Shown piece by piece: positions 7,443 through 14,618 of a stretch of 15,669 bases of DNA. Source of the DNA: Candidatus Thorarchaeota archaeon. Lineage in GTDB: Archaea; Asgardarchaeota; Thorarchaeia; Thorarchaeales; Thorarchaeaceae. The stretch is taken from positions 1 to 15,669 of the forward strand of contig JAEOUG010000062.1 of the NCBI GenBank assembly GCA_016839445.1. Reading direction: 5' to 3'. The notes under the pieces are model-generated. The model ran no database searches, was not told the DNA's origin, and saw only the letters and a list, made by a program, of their open reading frames with translations. A program made the translations under genes and the position numbers. Each line of letters starts with the position of its first letter. Positions within the stretch are counted from its first letter, which is position 1.

Positions 7443-8672
7443 CTAGAGACCATTTACTGCCAGTGACTTGAGGTACCCTATCCCTATCCGGGCCACCATC
7501 GGAAGGAAGTCTGTGAGCAGAGTCATGTATGTGGCGACACTTGCGTGGCCCTGGATCAGCTCGTTAAGAGTCTGAGCGTCCAGGTTTTCTAGTACAACCT
7601 CTGCTGCAGCCATTGGGTCGTTGAGCATGGCGTACTTGGATACGGCCCACATTCCTTTACCCGTGTTCTGGATGTTGGATGCGAGTTTGGTCTTCATGTA
7701 CTCCTTCTGGTACTGCTGCACGCTCTTCGCGGAGAAGTCATTAGAGTCGGTCATCCGTTTCGCATGCTGAGCCAAGACCTTGCCGGCATGAAGGCATGTG
7801 GTCACGCCGCCGCCAACAATGGAAGAGACCTGTCCGGCTGCGTTTCCAACCAAGGCGACTCCTGCGCCCGTGAACTTAGGGATGATTCCTGCACAAGGGA
7901 CAACTCCGCCGTTGACCGACGCAATCCTTGCGTTCTTGAGTTCATCTCTTGACTTCATGTACTTCTTCATCACATCTCGCATTGGGGGAAGGTTATCCCA
8001 GTTATCCTGTGATGATGGGACTCTCCCTATGCCTAGATTCACTTCGCTCTCTGACCTTGGATAGAGCCACATGTAGCCAAGCCCAACGTCCTTTCCTACT
8101 AGGAAATATGCCACTTTCGGATCAATGTCCTTGCACCCTTCGAGCTTGAATCTGTAACCATAGCTGAGAAGCCACTTGGGTTTCTTGAAACCAGATGTTT
8201 CAGACACCCTGCTGAATGAGCCGTCTGCGCCTGCTGTCAGAGGTGCACGGGCGACTTCAGACTGGTTGTAGGTGACTCCGACAACCTGCGCTCCCTCTTT
8301 CACTACAGAGTCCACGCGTGACTTGTATCTGAACTCCGCACCATTAGAGACTGCTCTGTCCCGCATTAGATTCTGGCACTTGTCCTCGTCAAGGAGGTAT
8401 GAGTTGCCAAGTAGAGTCCTGTCCACCACGATGTTGGCTCCCGTATCGATACTTTCTCCTACGATCGACGTGTACTTGTTCCCAACATACTCAGATGTCG
8501 GCTTGACGCGTAGGAACCTGAGGGCCTTGTCGGTCACAAGCTCGCCCATCAGACTGTCCGTCACGCTCGCTCTTCTCTCAAGAACAAGGGTCTTCAGTCC
8601 GTGCTCCGATGCTCTCTCTGCGGTTGATAGTCCTGCAGGTCCTGTACCTGCAACAATGATGTCGAAGGGCAA
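7443..8672 (-). CDS. Geranylgeranyl reductase family FAD-dependent oxidoreductase (DGGGPL reductase-like)
   Basis: DIIVAGTGPAG (Rossmann), GADG..S.V, GYMWLYP (YxWxFP), VGNAAGQV....GGG. TTG start with GGAG upstream. Confidence 0.85.
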   Translation of the reverse strand: MPFDIIVAGTGPAGLSTAERASEHGLKTLVLERRASVTDSLMGELVTDKALRFLRVKPTSEYVGNKYTSIVGESIDTGANIVVDRTLLGNSYLLDEDKCQNLMRDRAVSNGAEFRYKSRVDSVVKEGAQVVGVTYNQSEVARAPLTAGADGSFSRVSETSGFKKPKWLLSYGYRFKLEGCKDIDPKVAYFLVGKDVGLGYMWLYPRSESEVNLGIGRVPSSQDNWDNLPPMRDVMKKYMKSRDELKNARIASVNGGVVPCAGIIPKFTGAGVALVGNAAGQVSSIVGGGVTTCLHAGKVLAQHAKRMTDSNDFSAKSVQQYQKEYMKTKLASNIQNTGKGMWAVSKYAMLNDPMAAAEVVLENLDAQTLNELIQGHASVATYMTLLTDFLPMVARIGIGYLKSLAVNGL

Positions 8673-8709
8673 TTATCTAGCTCCAGCAAGGCCGAGTCGA
8701 GGTTTTGGC

Positions 8710-8770
8710 ATCTATATCTCTTTCTAAGGGGTGCTTTCGAGAGAATGTGCATCGAGCATAACTATAATAC
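8710..8770. promoter_or_regulatory. Divergent promoter region for the GGR-like gene and the LbH gene
   Basis: The minus strand reads agaaagagATATAG (about 8712-8725), which is purine-rich plus TATA-like. The plus strand has aacTATAATa (8760-8769). Confidence 0.35.
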
Positions 8771-8817
8771 TCAGGCCCTTTAGGAACTCCTGACAGCTCC
8801 TATTAGAGGACTCCACC

Positions 8818-9681
8818 ATGAGAGCAAGAACTATTGGCTACTCCGCATATATGATGCTTTCAATTATGCTGAGTCTGACCATTGCCGCGATTCCAGCAAT
8901 CCTTCTCTTTGGCTTCGTCATCGAGAACTTCGACAACTTCCTCAATGGGCTCCCCTTCCTCGGTGACTTCAGTCTCGCGGCGACCACGTTCTTGTCTCAG
9001 TGGTTCCCTACCTGGCTGCTTCAGTACTTCTGGGTCATTGTGCTGTTTGTGCCTCTCGGTCTCACATGCTATGCGGTGTTCCTCGGCTTCCTCTTGGGCA
9101 TGTTCAAGCTCTCGCGAAGAGGTATCCCATTCCTCGAAGATGGCTACTACGATCAAGAAACGGAGGCTTGGCTGCTGTACGAGTACTACGAGGTCTACTA
9201 CAACCTCTTCCCGTACTTCGCTGGCTTCTTCTCAATCTTCCTAGACACGAAACCTCGGCATCAGGCCTTTGGAGCCAAGATCGGCAGGAACACCATTGTT
9301 GGAAACGGTCGGCTGTTCAATCCGGAGCGTACCATTATCGGTGACAACTGCTTCTTCGGATATGACGCTATCCTGAGTGGCCATGTCTATGAGGGCGACC
9401 GGCTGTATTTGAAGACGGTCAAGCTTGGGAACAATGTGACAATCGGGGCCAACGCGGTCGTTCTTCCGGGTGTCGATATAGGAGACAACGTTCTGATTGG
9501 TGCCAATACAGTAGTGCCGAAGGACAAGGTAATCCCGGCGAACACAATCTGGGTCCACGGAAAGGCAGTACCAAGAAGAGTGGCCTCGCGTGAAGAGGAG
9601 CTGCATCAGCCCATCGGAGGTCCACAGTCCATGAATGAGAAGGACGAAGCGGACACTCCGAGCAATGGCGAAAGAATTTGA
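8818..9681 (+). CDS. Membrane-anchored hexapeptide-repeat (left-handed beta-helix) acyltransferase
   Basis: N-terminal hydrophobic segments (at least two probable TM helices), then FGAKIGRNTIVG, IIGDNCFFG, SGHVYEG and VKLGNNVTIGANAVVLPGVDIGDNVLIGANTVV. GAGGA lies upstream of the ATG. Confidence 0.85.
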   Translation: MRARTIGYSAYMMLSIMLSLTIAAIPAILLFGFVIENFDNFLNGLPFLGDFSLAATTFLSQWFPTWLLQYFWVIVLFVPLGLTCYAVFLGFLLGMFKLSRRGIPFLEDGYYDQETEAWLLYEYYEVYYNLFPYFAGFFSIFLDTKPRHQAFGAKIGRNTIVGNGRLFNPERTIIGDNCFFGYDAILSGHVYEGDRLYLKTVKLGNNVTIGANAVVLPGVDIGDNVLIGANTVVPKDKVIPANTIWVHGKAVPRRVASREEELHQPIGGPQSMNEKDEADTPSNGERI

Positions 9682-9717
9682 GTGGTGAGACCCCTCAGCT
9701 CTGAGTGAGGACTTCAC

Positions 9718-10113
9718 TTGCGTCTGCTGATGTTCCATGTAGAGAGCTTCTGGTTTCGCTTAGATGAGCTCGACGATGACTCCGGAAGCAGGCTGTCTGA
9801 TTCCATTCTTGTATGGATTCACTCCGAGTCGGAGGATGAGAAGAATGAATCAAACATCCTGAGAAAGATGGTGAAGAACATAAGGTGGCTAGCGAACAAG
9901 GTGGGCTGCACATCCATCATTCTGCACCCCTTCGCACATCTTGATGATGACAAGGCCGATCCCGAGTTCGCTTCTGGTCTAATCACTGAGACCGCCAAGC
10001 GGCTTATAGATAGAGAATACGCGGTGACGGTCGTTCCCTTTGGGCACTTCACCGAGTTCGAACTCCACGCAAAGGGTCCATCCTTGGGCAAGGTGTTCAA
10101 ACACATAACCTAG
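9718..10113 (+). CDS. Stand-alone archaeal-type threonyl-tRNA synthetase editing domain protein (Ser-tRNA(Thr) hydrolase-like, DTD-like fold)
   Basis: MRLLMFH, IILHPFAHL (cf. VYPYAHL), PFG.F.EF and AKGPSL (cf. CKGHPL). 131 aa, TTG start with GAGG upstream. Confidence 0.85.
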   Translation: MRLLMFHVESFWFRLDELDDDSGSRLSDSILVWIHSESEDEKNESNILRKMVKNIRWLANKVGCTSIILHPFAHLDDDKADPEFASGLITETAKRLIDREYAVTVVPFGHFTEFELHAKGPSLGKVFKHIT

Positions 10114-10163
10114 GGGCGCTCTTCAGATGGGTTCATAACGCTGGCCATAGATGAGGTTCTGAG

Positions 10164-11600
10164 ATGGCGACGTCCAAGCCCAAGTACACACCACGAGGCT
10201 ATCAGACATTCATCCTTGAGCGGATTCGCCAGTTACGTGACTCTCCGATTCTTGTAGAGCTGGATTGCGGATTGGGCAAGAGATTCATCACGCATCAGCT
10301 GGTCGCAGAGATGCTGCCTGAACTACGGTTCATCATTGTTGTCCACTCCTCTTCTTCATTGGCCGAGACTGTTGACTATCTACGCTCCGAGTATGGTGGT
10401 CTTGAAGATGACTTGGGCGAGATTTCTTCTCGTGTGAGGTCCGGGCTGCGGAGGCTCGTAATGCGTGAGTCCCGAGTCGTGGTAGCAACCCCTCAGGTTC
10501 TGGCTGGGCTACTGAAGAAGGAACCCGAGTTGATAGAAGGTTTTGATGTAATCCTGATCAATGAGGTGGACACCCTGATCCGTCGTTCAGGTGGCCGAAC
10601 CGCTCTTGTCTTCCCCTGGCCATCCCTCCTCACGTATCTGGAGGAGAAGTGGATTATCGGCATGAGCGGCACACTGCGAGATGACCATGCAGTGTTTGGC
10701 AAGGAGCAGGTAGAGATTCGCGATGAGCTCTCCACCTTGAGGGAGCATATTCCTGGAGCAGAGCTGATCACTATGGAGGACCTGTATGGCACTGACGTAG
10801 AGGACCACTTGGAGCCCACGTTTCTCTCCATGAGAAGGGTCATTGACACGCGAATCCGCTCTATTTCGAGAGTTCTTGATGAATTGATACGCAGCACAAG
10901 AACAGAGATCATGAACGAGCTTGCCGAGGATGACAACCTCGATTTGGTTGCGGGTGACTCGCGAAGAGTACACCTCCTGTTGGAGCGGCTCCCGGTTCGA
11001 GAGGAACTCAAGTCCCAGTACTCGGGCCTCCTTATGCTTCGCAAGTATGTCTATGCAATGCCCCCGAAGCAGTTCATCCGCATGTTCTACGCCGACTATC
11101 TGAAGCACTACTTCAATGTGAAGGAACTCAGGAAGGTCCTACCAGAGGTGTCCTCAAAGGTCACGAAGGTCCTTGAGATCTGCATGGACTACAACAAGGT
11201 GCTAGTTCTCACGTCCTATCTCGAGATGGTTGCCCAAGTCGAGAATGTTCTTCAGAAGGCAGGAGTCGCTGTTTTGAAGATAACCGGGGAGACGCGAGAC
11301 AAGGGGGCAGTGCTGCGCGACTTCAAAGGCGGAGACGAGCGGATGGTGCTTGTGATGTCTCCCGTCGGAGAACGAGACCTCGATATCCCTCAGGCCGAGG
11401 TCATGATTGTCTGTGACACCATCAACACGACGAAGACAATGTATCAGAAGGTCAAGCGAACCCGGGGCGGACTTGTGGCACTACTTGCATACTCCGGCAC
11501 GTCAGAAGAGGGGAAGGTGATGAGGCTCATTCATCGAATCCTCGATCGGTACCCTTGGTCGACCGTGCTCCTAGACTCGGACTCTCAGGAGCTGGCTTGA
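10164..11600 (+). CDS. SF2 (Hef/ERCC4-like) helicase-domain protein with degenerate motifs
   Basis: Q motif PRGYQ, motif I LDCGLGKR, Ib VATPQ, II INEVD, III SGT, V SPVGERDLDIP and VI YQKVKRTR. No C-terminal nuclease domain. Confidence 0.8.
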   Translation: MATSKPKYTPRGYQTFILERIRQLRDSPILVELDCGLGKRFITHQLVAEMLPELRFIIVVHSSSSLAETVDYLRSEYGGLEDDLGEISSRVRSGLRRLVMRESRVVVATPQVLAGLLKKEPELIEGFDVILINEVDTLIRRSGGRTALVFPWPSLLTYLEEKWIIGMSGTLRDDHAVFGKEQVEIRDELSTLREHIPGAELITMEDLYGTDVEDHLEPTFLSMRRVIDTRIRSISRVLDELIRSTRTEIMNELAEDDNLDLVAGDSRRVHLLLERLPVREELKSQYSGLLMLRKYVYAMPPKQFIRMFYADYLKHYFNVKELRKVLPEVSSKVTKVLEICMDYNKVLVLTSYLEMVAQVENVLQKAGVAVLKITGETRDKGAVLRDFKGGDERMVLVMSPVGERDLDIPQAEVMIVCDTINTTKTMYQKVKRTRGGLVALLAYSGTSEEGKVMRLIHRILDRYPWSTVLLDSDSQELA

Positions 11601-11632
11601 CAGGTCACTACGATTATAAGAACTCCATCCCG

Positions 11633-12076
11633 ATGAGCGATGATGTAGACTTGACCGACTTCAAGCGACTTGGCCTCGGTACAGACCTGGTGGAGATAGA
11701 ACGTTTCAGAAGCCTTGCTCCTGATGCGCCGTTCTACCAGAGAGTCTTCACTGAGTCAGAACGGCAGTACTGCATGGGGTTCCCAGATTCCGCCATTCAC
11801 TACGCTTCAACGTTTGCAGCCAAGGAGGCTGTACTCAAGTCACTCCCATCCACCGAACCCATCAGTCTGCGAAGCATCGAGATACTGAGAGACCAGCATG
11901 GGTCTCCCAAGGTGCGTCTGGCCTTCGATCATCGCTTTCGTTCTTTGGTGAGTATCACTCACACTGGCCACCATGCAGCAGCCGTCGCCATATCGCATCC
12001 TATCTCTGAATCTTCTGACACAGACCAGATGCGCAAACTACTAAACGGAGCGTTGTCCGAAATCCTTCCTGAGTGA
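11633..12076 (+). CDS. acpS: Holo-[acyl-carrier-protein] synthase (AcpS-type 4'-phosphopantetheinyl transferase)
   Basis: GLGTDLVEIERF, FTESE, FAAKEAVLKS, G.P and VSITH motifs. Start moved from 11555 to ATG 11633 to avoid the helicase overlap; TTG 11651 is also possible. TTATAA lies at 11614-11619. Confidence 0.9.
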   Translation: MSDDVDLTDFKRLGLGTDLVEIERFRSLAPDAPFYQRVFTESERQYCMGFPDSAIHYASTFAAKEAVLKSLPSTEPISLRSIEILRDQHGSPKVRLAFDHRFRSLVSITHTGHHAAAVAISHPISESSDTDQMRKLLNGALSEILPE

Positions 12077-12082
12077 GCCCCC

Positions 12083-13909
12083 ATGAGTCAACCGGGTGAA
12101 CAGTTAGAGCAGGTACTCAGCGGCGCCAGAGCGGATCCTAGCTATCTTAGTCTCTGGAGCGCCTACAAGAAGATCCAGTCACTTGGGCTCAAGTCACCGC
12201 GCGGAGAGGCGCTAAGGATTGCAGTCATCGGTTCCTCAACCCTCGAACCGCTTGCAGCATGCTTGGATGTCAAATGCCGGCTGGAAGGCCTAGCGGTAGA
12301 AACATTCGTAGGAGGCTTCAACACCTACAGACAGGAATCACTCGACACCAAGTCTGCGCTCTATTCTCACAAGCCCGACCTCGTCCTCCTCTCGGTCGAC
12401 GCTTGGTCTGTTCTGGACAAGCAGTTCATCGCAACCTTCGTCCGGATGACCCCAGAGGAGAAGGAGGCTGCTGTTCAACAGCTCGTGAACGATGTAGCGA
12501 CCATTGCTGAAGTCCTAGCCAATAACTCAACTGCCCTTGTCCTCGTAAACAACTTCATTGTACCGTTCTTCAGTCCCCTGGGCATCGTCGATAACAAGCA
12601 GGAGACTGGCCTGCGTCGCTTCTTCTCGGAAGCCAACTCTAGACTGATCAAGGGATTTACGGATAGCAACAGGGTGTTTGTTGTTGACTTGGAGGCCGTT
12701 GCTGGTGACTTCGGTAAATCGAGGACAGTGAACTGGAATACTTGGTATCGCGGCTCCGTGCCCTTTGGAGAGGAGTTCACCGTACGGGTTGCTGACGAGT
12801 ATCTTCGATATGTTCGCGCGCTGAAGGGGAAGTCAAAGAAGTGCATTGTCCTAGACCTTGACAACACCCTATGGGGTGGTATCATCGGTGAGGACGGTCT
12901 CGAAGGCATCAAGCTAGGGAACGCCTCGCCTGGAATTGAGTATGTTGACTTTCAACGCTATCTCCTGAGTCTATACAACCGTGGAGTCATCCTCGCTGTC
13001 TGCAGCAAGAACAACTACGACGACGCTATCAAGGTGTTCCGAGAGCACCCCTTCCAGGTGCTCAGAGAGGAACACTTCGCGGCTATGCGGATCAACTGGC
13101 AGAACAAAGTGGCGAATATTGCTGAGCTAGCTAAGGAGATTAACATCGGCACAGATAGTCTCGTCTTCATTGATGACAATCCCGTTGAGAGAGCGCAGGT
13201 TGCTCAGGCCTTTCCCGAAGTGCTTGTTCTAGACACACCAAAGAACCCACGGCTATATCGAGAAGCTCTGGAGGCGCTCAGCGTGTTTGATGTTCTTTCT
13301 CTCACAAAGGAAGATATGGCCCGGGGAGAGATGTACGCTGGCAAGAGGAAACGCGCTCAGTTGGAACAGAGTGCAACCTCAATTGAGGACTTCCTCAAGA
13401 CTCTTGATTTGAGGATTCAGGTCCGAGAGGTGAGCGACTTCGACACACCCCGTGTTGTCCAACTCATCGGCAAGACGAATCAGTTCAATCTCACAACGAG
13501 AAGATACACCGAGGCAGAGGTGGAGCATTTCCGCGAAAGCCCGGGCTCTGCCGTGTATAGCATGGCTGTTGCTGACAAGTTCGGCGATGAGGGAGTCGTC
13601 GGAGTTGCCATTGTGAAGAAGGAAAGTGAGGCTTGGCTCATTGACTCATTCCTGATGAGCTGCAGAGTCATAGGTCGCTCCGCAGAAACAGCACTTCTGG
13701 CGAAGATCGTTTCGGATGCTAGGCGGGAGAATGCCAAGCGCATCATCGGCGAGTACATCCCAACCAAGAAGAACCCCCCCGCTGAGGACCTCTATCAACG
13801 TCATGACTTCGCGGAGGCTTCTGGTGAGGGTAATGTCAAGTTATGGGAGCTCGACCTGCAAAAGAAGACGGTTGAAGTTCCTGAATGGATCGATCTGACA
13901 GAGGAATGA
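12083..13909 (+). CDS. fkbH: FkbH-family HAD-IIIC glyceryl transferase/phosphatase (long form with N-terminal extension)
   Basis: KCIVLDLDNTLWGG, CSKN, INWQNK, FIDDNPVER, KTNQFNLT, DKFGDEG and FLMSCRV (acyl-carrier Cys). Confidence 0.95.
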   Translation: MSQPGEQLEQVLSGARADPSYLSLWSAYKKIQSLGLKSPRGEALRIAVIGSSTLEPLAACLDVKCRLEGLAVETFVGGFNTYRQESLDTKSALYSHKPDLVLLSVDAWSVLDKQFIATFVRMTPEEKEAAVQQLVNDVATIAEVLANNSTALVLVNNFIVPFFSPLGIVDNKQETGLRRFFSEANSRLIKGFTDSNRVFVVDLEAVAGDFGKSRTVNWNTWYRGSVPFGEEFTVRVADEYLRYVRALKGKSKKCIVLDLDNTLWGGIIGEDGLEGIKLGNASPGIEYVDFQRYLLSLYNRGVILAVCSKNNYDDAIKVFREHPFQVLREEHFAAMRINWQNKVANIAELAKEINIGTDSLVFIDDNPVERAQVAQAFPEVLVLDTPKNPRLYREALEALSVFDVLSLTKEDMARGEMYAGKRKRAQLEQSATSIEDFLKTLDLRIQVREVSDFDTPRVVQLIGKTNQFNLTTRRYTEAEVEHFRESPGSAVYSMAVADKFGDEGVVGVAIVKKESEAWLIDSFLMSCRVIGRSAETALLAKIVSDARRENAKRIIGEYIPTKKNPPAEDLYQRHDFAEASGEGNVKLWELDLQKKTVEVPEWIDLTEE

Positions 13910-13913
13910 ACAC

Positions 13914-14153
13914 ATGAATGACATGGACGACAAGTTGCTGGATATTCTCTCCAAGGTTCTTCTTGTGGACAAGGAGGATATCACAGACGACATCAGACGA
14001 AAAGACCACGAGGCGTGGGATTCGATGGCTCATCTGATAATCATCAGTGAAATCGAGAATGCATTTGGCGTCTTCTTTGAGGATGAGGAAGTCGTTGATG
14101 TCTGGACTGTCGGTGACCTGAAGAGGGTTCTAGCAGAGAAGCACAGCGACTAG
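13914..14153 (+). CDS. Acyl carrier protein
   Basis: 79 aa and very acidic. WDSMAHL contains the phosphopantetheine Ser37 (14022-14024), followed by IENAFGV.F and TVGDL. Starts 4 nt after the fkbH stop. Confidence 0.92.
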   Translation: MNDMDDKLLDILSKVLLVDKEDITDDIRRKDHEAWDSMAHLIIISEIENAFGVFFEDEEVVDVWTVGDLKRVLAEKHSD

Positions 14154-14596
14154 ACATTCTTTGGTTCCAGCTTCTGAAGTACGCGTGCAGGGTTTCCGGC
14201 CACTAAGGTCAGGGGTGGCACGTCTTTACTGACAACAGAACCCGCTGCCACAATCGCTCCCTCTCCTATGGTGACTCCCGGCAGGATGATTGCTCCTGCG
14301 GCTAGCCAGGCTCCCTTACCAATCACCACTTTCTTTGGTCCCTCGTGGAATATCTGCCGCTTCTGGTGGTAGGGGCTGGCCCCTGAGTGTGCCATGATCT
14401 TGACACCCGGCCCTATGCTCGCCCAATCGTGTATCTCGATGAATTCTGGATACTCTCCGTCAATCAGCACTTGGAATCCCATGTAGACGCCCTTTCCTAT
14501 CTTGACTCCGCATCGTCTGTACACGCTAGCCCTAAACTGGTATCCGGGTGCAGACCAAGCCAGAACGCGCAAGAATCTGCCAAGCATCTTTCCCAT
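14150..14596 (-). CDS. Hexapeptide-repeat acyltransferase (maltose O-acetyltransferase-like)
   Basis: GVKIGKGVYMG, IMAH, VVIGKGAWLAAGAIILPGVTIGEGAIVAAGSVVSKDVP and AGNPAR. AAGGAGG SD-like motif upstream. Confidence 0.9.
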   Translation of the reverse strand: MGKMLGRFLRVLAWSAPGYQFRASVYRRCGVKIGKGVYMGFQVLIDGEYPEFIEIHDWASIGPGVKIMAHSGASPYHQKRQIFHEGPKKVVIGKGAWLAAGAIILPGVTIGEGAIVAAGSVVSKDVPPLTLVAGNPARVLQKLEPKNV

Positions 14597-14618
14597 TCAC
14601 TATGTCCTCCTTGAGTTA

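Noticed and set aside
7398-7446. tRNA-like T-loop (TTCAAATCC) and a loose bulge-helix-bulge-like arrangement
   Set aside because: The bases directly flanking TTCAAAT are a direct repeat (CCTGC/CCTGC), not a stem. No D arm, anticodon arm with U33 or convincing acceptor stem could be built, with or without an intron.
7231-7446. 71-aa + strand ORF in the intergenic gap
   Set aside because: No recognisable motif. It runs across the TATA element and the hairpin array and is probably spurious.
9694-9717. Small hairpins over the SD of the ThrRS-editing gene
   Set aside because: Stems of only about 5 bp with tiny loops, as expected by chance.
11555-11632. Extended N-terminus of AcpS in the ORF track
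   Set aside because: It overlaps the helicase-like gene by 46 nt and spans a TATA-like TTATAA. AcpS homology starts only at GLGTD.
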